From Proteocatella sp. (lineage in GTDB: Bacteria > Bacillota > Clostridia > Peptostreptococcales > Filifactoraceae), in assembly GCA_041738345.1 (NCBI GenBank), contig JBGSPX010000031.1:62-64061 (forward strand): a stretch of DNA of 64,000 nt, in the 5' to 3' direction. Positions 1-7,648 of the stretch are shown piece by piece. Under the pieces are notes generated by a model. That model was not told the DNA's origin, ran no database searches, and saw only the letters and a program-made list of their open reading frames with translations. The translations under genes and the position numbers were made by a program. Numbering within the stretch: position 1 is the stretch's first letter; every line of letters starts with the position of its first letter.

Positions 1-730
1 CAAAACCGAACTAAATCAAAATCTTAGTATTGGAATCGACTTAGGAGTTAGCGATTTAGCTACAATAAGTTGTTTAGAAAATCCAATAAAAAACATTAAT
101 AAAACAAAAAAAGTTAGGAAGTTAAAGAAGCGACTGAAAAGATTACAAAGACAGGTTTCAAGAAAATATGAAGCAAATAAAGACGGAAACAAATTTGTTA
201 AAACTAAGAATATAATTAAATTAGAAAAACAAATTAAACTTCTTTACAGAAAATTATCAAATATAAGAGACAATCACATACATCAAACCACAGCAAGTGT
301 AATTAAATTAAAACCATATAGAGTAGTTATGGAAGATTTAAATGTAAGAGGAATGATGAAAAACAAACACTTATCTAAAGCGATACAAGAACAAAAATTC
401 TATGAATTTATACGTCAGATGAAGTATAAATGCGAGTTTAATGAAATTGAATTTGTTCAAGCAGATAGGTTTTATCCATCATCAAAAACTTGTAGCTGTT
501 GTGGAAACATTAAGAAGAATTTAAAACTTAAAGACAGAGTGTATAAATGTGAAAAATGTAATTTGATAATAGATAGAGATAAGAATGCTTCAATTAATCT
601 TGGAAACTATAAAATAGTATAACTTGGTAATGTAGAAAAAGTATACTATGTGTATCCTGCGTTGTGGGAGAATTTAAGTCCTTGGAGAGTTACCAAGCTA
701 AAGTAGAATAAGAAATTATTCCAAATAGAA
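1..730 (+). mobile_element. Right-hand portion of an IS200/IS605-family insertion sequence (tnpB 3' part plus right end); the left part lies outside the window
   Basis: A TnpB/OrfB frame runs in from the window edge. It is followed by ~110 nt of structured non-coding sequence with a long-range 8-bp stem (CTTGGTAA 623-630 / TTACCAAG 690-697). The exact right boundary cannot be fixed from one copy; it lies somewhere between ~700 and ~810. Confidence 0.7.
2..622 (+). CDS. tnpB: TnpB (OrfB) RNA-guided endonuclease of IS200/IS605 family, N-terminally incomplete at the window edge
   Basis: Frame 2 is open from nt 2. The translation ...SIGIDLGVSDLATIS...YRVVMEDLNVRGM...CSCCG-x17-CEKCN...DRDKNASINL gives the RuvC D/E/D triad interrupted by a CxxC..CxxC zinc finger. 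All catalytic residues are present. Confidence 0.9.
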   Translation, partial: KTELNQNLSIGIDLGVSDLATISCLENPIKNINKTKKVRKLKKRLKRLQRQVSRKYEANKDGNKFVKTKNIIKLEKQIKLLYRKLSNIRDNHIHQTTASVIKLKPYRVVMEDLNVRGMMKNKHLSKAIQEQKFYEFIRQMKYKCEFNEIEFVQADRFYPSSKTCSCCGNIKKNLKLKDRVYKCEKCNLIIDRDKNASINLGNYKIV

Positions 731-735
731 CTCGA
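600..735 (+). ncRNA. Putative omega-RNA (reRNA) scaffold / IS right end associated with tnpB
   Basis: The position (3' end of tnpB plus downstream non-coding DNA) matches where TnpB guide RNAs are encoded. A nested stem is visible (623-630 with 690-697). No covariance model was run, so the boundaries and the guide segment are inferred only. Confidence 0.35.
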
Positions 736-1784
736 TGAATAGGAAATATTATTTAGTAATAAATAACAAAAGTAAAATTTATATGTTTATAACTTTTTAT
801 AAGTTTTATGCAACGGAACCTATAATAGATGCAGAAGCACATTTACCTAAAAATATATGCCCCTTGATTAAATCAAGCTATGGCTTTGCCATAACAGATA
901 CCTGTCCATATACTTATTTTTCAGACATTATAATCGGAGAAACGACATGTGATGCTAAAAAGAAGATGTTTGAGCTTCTTGGACAAACTAAAAATGTCCA
1001 TGTTATGCAATTGCCACAATCCATAGATAGAGATTATTCTTGGGATATATGGGCAAAAGAGGTTCAACTGTTAAGAGAAAGATTAGAGAAAGAAACTGGA
1101 AAAATAATTACAGATGAAATGATAAGAGATAGTGTAAGAAAACGTAATGAATATAGAAAGCTTCATGTTGAATTTTTGGAACTTGGAAAATTAGTACCAC
1201 CACCACTTACAGGATTTGAAATGGGTACTGTGATAGATGGGCTTAACTATGAGTTTGACCTTGATGGAAAATGTGAAAAAATGAGAAAACTTATAGATAA
1301 AACGCTGGATGAATATAATAATGGAGAAGAAAGGGTAAGTAAAGAGGCAAAAAGAATATTAATAACAGGATGTCCAATGGGTGGTGTGATTAATAAAACC
1401 ATAAAGGTAATAGATCAAGAAGGTGGCGTAGTTGTCTGTTTTGAAAACTGCGGAGGTATAAAAAATGCAGGGAAGATGATAGATGAAAATGCAGAAGATA
1501 TTATAAAAGCTATATCAGATAAATACCTGTCTATAGGTTGCTCTGTAATAAGTCCAAATGAAAATAGATTTGAGCATATAAAAGAATTACTTGAGGAATA
1601 TAAAATAGATGGGGTTGTGGAAATAATACTTCAAGCATGTCATACTTATAATGTAGAATCTAAATTGATAAAAGATATTTCAAATGAAAACGGAATTCCT
1701 TATATTAGAATAGAGACTGATTACAGTACTTCTGATGAGGGGCAACTTAGAACTAGACTTGCAGCTTTTATAGAGATGCTTTAA
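735..1784 (+). CDS. BcrC/BadD/HgdB-family protein (2-hydroxyacyl-CoA dehydratase D-component / double-cubane-cluster-protein-like), probably 5'-truncated
   Basis: Family-typical Cys-containing motifs are present: NICPLIKSSYG, GETTCDAKKKMFE, ITGCPMGG, CFENCGG, ILQACHTYN. The first ~25 codons (MNRKYYLVINNKSKIYMFITFYKFY) are AT-rich filler directly after the IS end, and the frame is closed by TAG at 726. Confidence 0.75.
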   Translation: MNRKYYLVINNKSKIYMFITFYKFYATEPIIDAEAHLPKNICPLIKSSYGFAITDTCPYTYFSDIIIGETTCDAKKKMFELLGQTKNVHVMQLPQSIDRDYSWDIWAKEVQLLRERLEKETGKIITDEMIRDSVRKRNEYRKLHVEFLELGKLVPPPLTGFEMGTVIDGLNYEFDLDGKCEKMRKLIDKTLDEYNNGEERVSKEAKRILITGCPMGGVINKTIKVIDQEGGVVVCFENCGGIKNAGKMIDENAEDIIKAISDKYLSIGCSVISPNENRFEHIKELLEEYKIDGVVEIILQACHTYNVESKLIKDISNENGIPYIRIETDYSTSDEGQLRTRLAAFIEML

Positions 1785-1806
1785 AATTAAAAAACAAAAT
1801 TGGCAT

Positions 1807-1835
1807 TTGACAATAACGCCCAAGTGGTGTAATAT
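1807..1835 (+). promoter_or_regulatory. Candidate sigma-A promoter for the C_GCAxxG_C_C / DUF134 pair
   Basis: TTGACA (1807-1812), 17-nt spacer, TAATAT (1830-1835), with TG just upstream of the -10. Confidence 0.4.
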
Positions 1836-1921
1836 ATTATTGTTAAATGCTATTTTTATGAGCGAAATAAATGATATAAAGTGATATAATATAAAATAAT
1901 ATATAGTAAAAGAGGAGTTTT

Positions 1922-2296
1922 ATGGCAGACGTACTAAAGTTTTATAAAGAAGGATATAATTGTGCAGAATCATTGGTAAAAGCGTTTAATGAAGATAATA
2001 ATTGTCAAATACCAATAGCGTTAGCAAGTCCATTTGGTTCAGGAATGGCATCAGGAGCAACTTGTGGTGCTATAACAGGTGCGATAATAGCACTTGGTGC
2101 AGCAAAAGGAAGAGAATGCGCTAGTGAAAAAAATGAATCTAGAAAATATGCAAAGCTTATGATGGGAAAATTAAAAGAAAAATATGGAACCTTTGAATGT
2201 ATAGCGTTAAAATCAAATGGAGTAACTTGCAATGAAATAATAGAATACACATATAGTATATTAAATGAATGTTTAGAAAATGAACAGTTAAAATAG
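1922..2296 (+). CDS. C_GCAxxG_C_C family putative redox-active protein
   Basis: GYNCAESLVKAF, ATCGAITGAI, FECIALK and TCNEII reproduce the C-GCAxxG-C-C cysteine pattern. An AGAGGAG RBS lies upstream. Confidence 0.85.
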   Translation: MADVLKFYKEGYNCAESLVKAFNEDNNCQIPIALASPFGSGMASGATCGAITGAIIALGAAKGRECASEKNESRKYAKLMMGKLKEKYGTFECIALKSNGVTCNEIIEYTYSILNECLENEQLK

Positions 2297-2306
2297 GAGA
2301 ATCGAT

Positions 2307-2744
2307 GTGCCAAGACCAACAAAATTTAGAAGAGTGGATTTTTTTCCAGATGAAACCTACTTTGTCCCTCTAGGAAAACCTAAGTGTGATATTGAGGAAG
2401 TGAACTTAAAAGTAGAAGAGTTAGAAGCAATGAGATTGAAAGATATAGAAGGGTTAAATCAAGAAGAATGTGCAGAAAAGATGGAAATATCTAGGCAAAC
2501 TTTTCAAAATATAATAGATAGTGCAAGGCAAAAAGTTGCAGAAGCACTTACACAGGGAAAAGCGATAAAAATTGGTGGAGGACATTATACATCTAAACAC
2601 TGTAAACTTAAATGTATGGATTGTAACACTGTGTATGAAATTAATTCTGAAGATGACCGAAATACATGTCCTTCATGTAATTCTAAAAATGTAGGTTGTA
2701 TAAAACGCATGGAATCTTGTGAAAAATGGTGTAGAAAAAAATAA
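2307..2744 (+). CDS. DUF134 (UPF0251) family predicted DNA-binding protein with a C-terminal zinc-ribbon extension
   Basis: GTG start 6 nt after AGGAGA. The N-terminus MPRPTKFRRV..F.P is typical of DUF134. A sigma-70 region-4-like HTH is present (LEAMRLKDIEGLNQEECAEKMEISRQTFQNI). The C-terminus carries CKLKCMDC...CPSC. Confidence 0.85.
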   Translation: MPRPTKFRRVDFFPDETYFVPLGKPKCDIEEVNLKVEELEAMRLKDIEGLNQEECAEKMEISRQTFQNIIDSARQKVAEALTQGKAIKIGGGHYTSKHCKLKCMDCNTVYEINSEDDRNTCPSCNSKNVGCIKRMESCEKWCRKK

Positions 2745-2750
2745 TCAATC

Positions 2751-2790
2751 AAAATTCCCTTAATTATTTCTTGAGGGAATTTTTGTTTTT
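2751..2790 (+). terminator. Rho-independent terminator
   Basis: Stem AAATTCCCT (2752-2760) / AGGGAATTT (2774-2782), followed by a T-run. Confidence 0.7.
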
Positions 2791-2843
2791 GAGGTATAAT
2801 ATAAATAGGATACAATTTATTAAACGATATAGAAAGTAGGAAA

Positions 2844-4121
2844 ATGGTGAATAGATACGATAACTGCAAAGCATATCATGGAAATATAATTTATAGTAAA
2901 AGTAAGGATGCGCTAATCTGTGAAGCCAATTCATATGTTTTAGTGGAAGGAAACAGAGTGAAAAAAGTAGTAAAAGACATTCCTGCTGAATTTCCAAAAA
3001 ATAATATAATTGAATGGGGAAATTCTCTTATAATTCCAGGGTTTTGCGATATGCATGTTCATGCGCCGCAGTTCTTACAAAGAGGAATGGGGATGGACAA
3101 GGAACTGCTTGATTGGCTAAATACATACACTTTCCCAAATGAAGCTTTGTTTCAAGATGAAAATCATGCAAAAAAAGTGTACTCTATGTTTGTAAAAGAA
3201 CTTTTGAAGCAAGGAACGCTTCATGTAAACTGTTTTCCATCTATTCATTACAAAGCTTCTCAAATTCTACTAGACATTTTAAAAGAAAACAAACTATTTG
3301 CATTTACAGGCAAATTAAATATGGACCAAAATAGTCCTGATTATTACATCGAAAGTACTGAAAAATCATTAGAAGAGACTGAAAAATTTCTAATGTCAAA
3401 TAATAAAGCTGAGAATGTAAGACCGTCAATAATACCGAGATTTACTATAACTTGTAGTGAGAGTCTTTTGTCAGGACTTGGGAAATTATCTCAAAAATAT
3501 GAAGCTCCAATTCATTCTCATATGTGCGAAGCTGTAAATGAGATGAAAGTAGTAAGTGAACTTTTTCCAAATTATAAAAATGGAGCAGAAATTTTTTATA
3601 AGAACAATTTGTTAGGGCAAAGACCTACGATAATGGCACATTGTATTTTTATGGATGATGATGTTTTAGCACTTATGAAAAATGAAAACTGTATGGCAGT
3701 ACATTGTCCCGATGCAACTGCAAATGTAAATTCTGGAGGAATAATGCCGGTTAAAAAGCTATTAGATATGGGTATTAATTTAGCGCTAGGAAGTGATATA
3801 GGAGCAGGGGTAAGTGCGGGGATATATAGGGCTATAGCGACAACTATACAGCATTCTAAAATAAGAAATATGTATGATGATTCATGGGAAGCAGTAAAGC
3901 TATCAGAAGCTTTTTATATGGCTACAAAATCAGGTGGAAGATATTTTGACAAAGTAGGTTCATTTGAAGAAGGGTATTGTTTTAATGCGCTAGTTATAAA
4001 TGATGATAATTTTGGAAATGAAAACTTGAGCCCAATCGAGAGATTAGAGCGTTTTTGCTATTTAGGCGATGATAGAAATATAGTAGCAAGATATATTTTA
4101 GCGGAAGAAATTAGCTTATAG
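2844..4121 (+). CDS. Metal-dependent amidohydrolase, guanine-deaminase / chlorohydrolase-like
   Basis: HxH metal motif FCDMHVHAPQ, later HSHMCE, MAHC and a LGSDIGAG aspartate motif. The length (425 aa) is typical for this family. Confidence 0.8.
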   Translation: MVNRYDNCKAYHGNIIYSKSKDALICEANSYVLVEGNRVKKVVKDIPAEFPKNNIIEWGNSLIIPGFCDMHVHAPQFLQRGMGMDKELLDWLNTYTFPNEALFQDENHAKKVYSMFVKELLKQGTLHVNCFPSIHYKASQILLDILKENKLFAFTGKLNMDQNSPDYYIESTEKSLEETEKFLMSNNKAENVRPSIIPRFTITCSESLLSGLGKLSQKYEAPIHSHMCEAVNEMKVVSELFPNYKNGAEIFYKNNLLGQRPTIMAHCIFMDDDVLALMKNENCMAVHCPDATANVNSGGIMPVKKLLDMGINLALGSDIGAGVSAGIYRAIATTIQHSKIRNMYDDSWEAVKLSEAFYMATKSGGRYFDKVGSFEEGYCFNALVINDDNFGNENLSPIERLERFCYLGDDRNIVARYILAEEISL

Positions 4122-4139
4122 TTTTGGGGAGGTGTTTTT

Positions 4140-4685
4140 TTGAAAACATTAGTATTATACAAATCCAAATATGGGGCAACAAAACAGTATGCACAATGGA
4201 TAGCGGAAAGCTTAAATGCAGATATATTTGAAGTAGCAGAGCTTAAAAATATTGATTTTAGCATATATGATAAGCTTGTATACGGTGGAGGGCTGTATGC
4301 AGGAGGAATAAATGGAATTGATAGTATAGTGAAAAATTTTGACAAAATAAGAGATAAAAAAATCATTATTTTTACAGTAGGGCTTGCAGATACTAAAAAT
4401 CAAGACAATATAAATAGTATAAAAAATAGTATAAATAAAACCCTGCCCGCTGAACTTGTTGAAAAATCTCAAATTTTCCATCTTAGAGGAGCAATGGATT
4501 ATAGTAAATTAGGAACTATCCATAAAGGGATGATGGCTATGATGAAAAAGTCAGTAAGTAAAAAAGCACAAGACAAGCTTACGCAAGAAGATAGAGAAAT
4601 GCTAGAAACTTATGGTAAACAAGTTAGCTTTGTATCACGTGAAAACATAGATGAAATAATAAATACACTAAAAGGAGATAAATAG
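4140..4685 (+). CDS. Flavodoxin-domain protein
   Basis: TTG start after GGAGGTG. The N-terminus MKTLVLYKSKYGATKQYAQWIAE is a flavodoxin-like FMN-binding loop. Confidence 0.8.
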   Translation: MKTLVLYKSKYGATKQYAQWIAESLNADIFEVAELKNIDFSIYDKLVYGGGLYAGGINGIDSIVKNFDKIRDKKIIIFTVGLADTKNQDNINSIKNSINKTLPAELVEKSQIFHLRGAMDYSKLGTIHKGMMAMMKKSVSKKAQDKLTQEDREMLETYGKQVSFVSRENIDEIINTLKGDK

Positions 4686-4686
4686 C

Positions 4687-5472
4687 ATGAAAACAGTTCT
4701 TACAATAGCAGGCTCGGATTGTAGTGGAGGAGCAGGTATTCAGGCTGATATAAAGACGATTACTGCACATAATGCATATGCTATGAGTGCAATAACTGCG
4801 CTTACGGCACAAAATACAATGGGAGTAACAGGCGTAAGTGATGTGTCACCAGAATTCTTAAAAATGCAATTAGATGCAATCTTTGAAGATATACATCCTG
4901 ATGCAGTAAAAATAGGAATGGTTTCGAACATAGAGATAATAGATATTATAGTAGAAAGATTAAAATATTACAAAGCCAAAAATATAGTAGTTGATCCAGT
5001 TATGGTAGCTACAAGTGGGAGTAAGTTACTTAAAGAAGAAGCCATAGAAGCAGTAAAAAAGAAACTTATACCTATTGCAGATATAATAACACCTAATATT
5101 TCAGAGGCAGAGGTACTTTCTGGAATAAAAATAGAAACTATAGAAGATATGGAAAAAAGTGCAATAATTATATCAGAAATGCTTCAAGGTGCAGTTTTAG
5201 TAAAAGGTGGCCATATCGGTGAATCAGCTAATGATTTAATTTTATATGAAAATAATTTTCATTGGATTGATGGAAAGCGAATAAAAACACAAAATACTCA
5301 TGGAACAGGCTGTACGCTTTCTTCTGCAATAGCTTGTAATTTAGCACAGGGATTTTCTATTAAGGAAAGTGTAATTAATGCTAAAAAATATATAACAGGA
5401 GCGTTAAACGCTGGTTTAGATTTAGGAAAGGGAAGTGGCCCGTTAAACCATATGTATAGTATAAATTTGTAA
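4687..5472 (+). CDS. thiD: Hydroxymethylpyrimidine/phosphomethylpyrimidine kinase (ThiD; PdxK-type activity not excluded)
   Basis: TIAGSDCSGGAGIQADIKT at the N-terminus and HGTGCTLSSAIA near the C-terminus. The protein is 261 aa. Confidence 0.9.
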   Translation: MKTVLTIAGSDCSGGAGIQADIKTITAHNAYAMSAITALTAQNTMGVTGVSDVSPEFLKMQLDAIFEDIHPDAVKIGMVSNIEIIDIIVERLKYYKAKNIVVDPVMVATSGSKLLKEEAIEAVKKKLIPIADIITPNISEAEVLSGIKIETIEDMEKSAIIISEMLQGAVLVKGGHIGESANDLILYENNFHWIDGKRIKTQNTHGTGCTLSSAIACNLAQGFSIKESVINAKKYITGALNAGLDLGKGSGPLNHMYSINL

Positions 5473-5490
5473 AAGATAGGATGGCATTAT

Positions 5491-6216
5491 ATGAATGATA
5501 TTCAAGCAATAGAAAATAGAGTATCTAGAAGACTTTATTTAGAAAAAGAAATAGATATTAAAAAAATGATAAAGCTAAAAAAGCTTATAAATCAAATTAA
5601 TGAAGAACATAATTTAAGAATATCCCTTATAGACGATGCAAGAGAAGCTTTTTGGGGATTTAGAAAAAGCTATGGTTTTTTTAAAGGGGTACGAAGTGTG
5701 ATTGCATTAAAGGGTTTACAAGGCGATTCAAATTTAAAGGAAAAGCTTGGATATTATGGAGAAAAAATTGTCTTAGAAGCTACTAAATTAGGGCTTGGAA
5801 CCTGTTGGGTAGGCGGAACCTTTGATGCAGATGACCCCAGCTTTAACACTCAAGCAGAAGAGGAGTTAGTATGTGTGTTAACAATTGGATACTCTCAGTT
5901 AGATAAATCCTTGAGAGAAAAATTTATTCATTCATTTACGCATAGAACAAGAAAGAGCTCAGATAAGTTTTATTCATCAGATAAGAATTCACTGCCAAAA
6001 TGGTTTTTGTTTGGAATAGAGTTAGCAGCAAAAGCGCCTTCGGCAAAAAATAAACAACCTGTAAAGTTTGAATATAAAAATAATATAGTAAGAGCTTCTG
6101 TAGATGAAAAAGGAGAGTTTGATTTAGTTGATCTTGGAATCGCAAAGCTTCATTTTGAAATAGGCTCAAAAGGGAAATTCGAATGGGGAAATGGAGCAGC
6201 CTTTATTCCAAAATAA
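5491..6216 (+). CDS. Nitroreductase-family protein
   Basis: A nitroreductase-like N-terminus (IENRVSRR) and the central motif KLGLGTCWVGGTFD. Confidence 0.75.
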   Translation: MNDIQAIENRVSRRLYLEKEIDIKKMIKLKKLINQINEEHNLRISLIDDAREAFWGFRKSYGFFKGVRSVIALKGLQGDSNLKEKLGYYGEKIVLEATKLGLGTCWVGGTFDADDPSFNTQAEEELVCVLTIGYSQLDKSLREKFIHSFTHRTRKSSDKFYSSDKNSLPKWFLFGIELAAKAPSAKNKQPVKFEYKNNIVRASVDEKGEFDLVDLGIAKLHFEIGSKGKFEWGNGAAFIPK

Positions 6217-6256
6217 ATGATAGATAGTATGGCATAAATCCATTTATATGTATAAA

Positions 6257-6292
6257 AACAGACCTCACAAATAATATTGAAGGTCTGTTTCT
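6257..6292. terminator. Bidirectional rho-independent terminator between convergent genes
   Basis: Stem AACAGACCT (6257-6265) / AGGTCTGTT (6281-6289), flanked by A-run and T-run. Confidence 0.7.
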
Positions 6293-6310
6293 ATAATATA
6301 TTTTTGCAAT

Positions 6311-6742
6311 TTAGTTCTTATTATACTTATTACTTATATTACAAATATGTTCATGTAAAATATTCATTTGAGAATGATTATTTTTATAAAAATTAGTAAT
6401 ATCATCAGAAGAAATATTATTTTTAGGATTTGATATTGGATTTATCTTACCTAAAAAAGAATAAAATTCCTCCGAAATTTCAGGTAAGAAGCCTATTTCA
6501 ACACATTTTTTTAAACTTACAGCATATAGACTTTCATTAAAAGGTTCGCATACCGTAGTTAGACATTTTCCCATATATCTTCCAAGTAATAATCTAAATT
6601 TCTCAAATTCAAGCTCAAATAGATTTTGAGAAGCGGTACTTTTTTCATCATTATCTATTATGTTGTCAAGATTTTCAAAAACTCCATACATTTCACTTGT
6701 GATATTTAAAAGACTTTTTGAATCAAATTCAAATTTTTTCAT
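6311..6742 (-). CDS. Hypothetical 143-aa soluble protein, the only gene downstream of the cobalamin riboswitch
   Basis: Clean ORF with a TAGGAG RBS 8 nt upstream of the ATG. No TM segment, signal peptide or recognisable motif. It is predicted helical and only vaguely HI0074/HEPN-like, without Rx4-6H. Confidence 0.75.
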   Translation of the reverse strand: MKKFEFDSKSLLNITSEMYGVFENLDNIIDNDEKSTASQNLFELEFEKFRLLLGRYMGKCLTTVCEPFNESLYAVSLKKCVEIGFLPEISEEFYSFLGKINPISNPKNNISSDDITNFYKNNHSQMNILHEHICNISNKYNKN

Positions 6743-6811
6743 AAAAACACACTCCTATCTCTCGTAGAATCATGATTAGATAATTTAGGCAGTTCTTCTG
6801 GTTTAAGAATC

Positions 6812-6928
6812 AACATTTTTTTCAGCCTTCCCGTTTCCAGTGGCATAATTTGAAAAAAACTACTCTATTACAGCGGCGGGACCACGCAGGATTTTCACCT
6901 GACTTCTCTTTTAATTAAAAATAAACCT
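6812..6928 (-). promoter_or_regulatory. Cobalamin (B12) riboswitch aptamer
   Basis: The minus strand reads AGAGAAGTCAGGTGAAAATCCTGCGTGGTCCCGCCGCTGTAATAGAG...GCCACTGGAAACGGGAAGGC. This is the conserved core (GGTGAAAATCC / CCCGCCGCTGTAA) plus the B12 box (GCCACTG...GGGAAGGC). Confidence 0.85.
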
Positions 6929-6948
6929 AAATAAATATTTATAAATAC

Positions 6949-6976
6949 ATTATATCATTATAAAATATTATGTCAA
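6949..6976 (-). promoter_or_regulatory. Sigma-A promoter for the riboswitch leader
   Basis: On the minus strand: TTGACA (6976-6971), 16-nt spacer, TATAAT (6954-6949). Confidence 0.6.
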
Positions 6977-6990
6977 ATACAATACTTTGC

Positions 6991-7476
6991 TTATATTTGC
7001 TTTTTGAAATTCATGTACTTGTTTACTAAAGTAGCGACAGCAATACCTATAAAGGTTTCAACAACTCGGCTTATAGGGTATATGTCGTTGTCTCCATATA
7101 TTCTATGAGTAGTTTGCATACTTATAAAAACCACGCAGCATATAGATACAGATGAAGGAACTTTTAATAGTACACATAGTTTAATCAGAAATATTATTCC
7201 AAGCGGAACTAAAAATAAATAACTTTTAGGTCCAAGTAAATTTTCTCCAATATAATATACAAAAAAACCTACTACACCAGCAATCGCAGTTCCAATTATA
7301 CGATGTTTTCCTGATTTTATAGTGTCTTCAACAGTGGGCTGCATACATATAACTGAGGCAATGCATGCATAAAATGGATTTTCTAGCTTCAATAGTTCAA
7401 AAATTAGTAAATCTATAAATACAGCAGTGGCGGTTTTTATATTTCTCATACCTATTTTTAATATTTTTTTTTGCAT
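6991..7476 (-). CDS. Aromatic-acid-exporter (ArAE)/FUSC-like membrane protein, short form (membrane domain only)
   Basis: The N-terminus IGMRNIKTATAVFIDLLIFELL...NPFYACIASVICMQPTVEDTIKSGKHRIIGTAIAGVVG is typical of UPF0421/ArAE proteins, with 4-5 predicted TM helices. At 161 aa it is about half the usual length. Confidence 0.7.
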   Translation of the reverse strand: MQKKILKIGMRNIKTATAVFIDLLIFELLKLENPFYACIASVICMQPTVEDTIKSGKHRIIGTAIAGVVGFFVYYIGENLLGPKSYLFLVPLGIIFLIKLCVLLKVPSSVSICCVVFISMQTTHRIYGDNDIYPISRVVETFIGIAVATLVNKYMNFKKQI

Positions 7477-7648
7477 AAAATCTCCAGACTAAATAAAATA
7501 ATTAACTTTATAAATATTCTAAGATATATTGTAGAAAAAGTAAATAATTATATATTGAGGTTTAAAAATAACAAAATGTAATATATAATTATACTTAATT
7601 AGCTGTGATAAAATAAATAAATTTAAATTAATATGGGAGGGAAGTGTA

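Noticed and set aside
2005-2322. Many 60-120-aa ORFs antisense to or overlapping annotated genes. Examples on the minus strand: 2005-2322, 4058-4366, 11652-11945, 16949-17224, 17417-17692, 27485-27754, 27926-28225, 42564-42836, 53752-54120 and 61817-62083. On the plus strand: 12968-13156.
   Set aside because: They lie entirely inside strongly supported genes on the other strand or in another frame. Their composition is low-complexity (S/F/I/L-rich), which is typical of shadow frames. They have no RBS and no recognisable motif.
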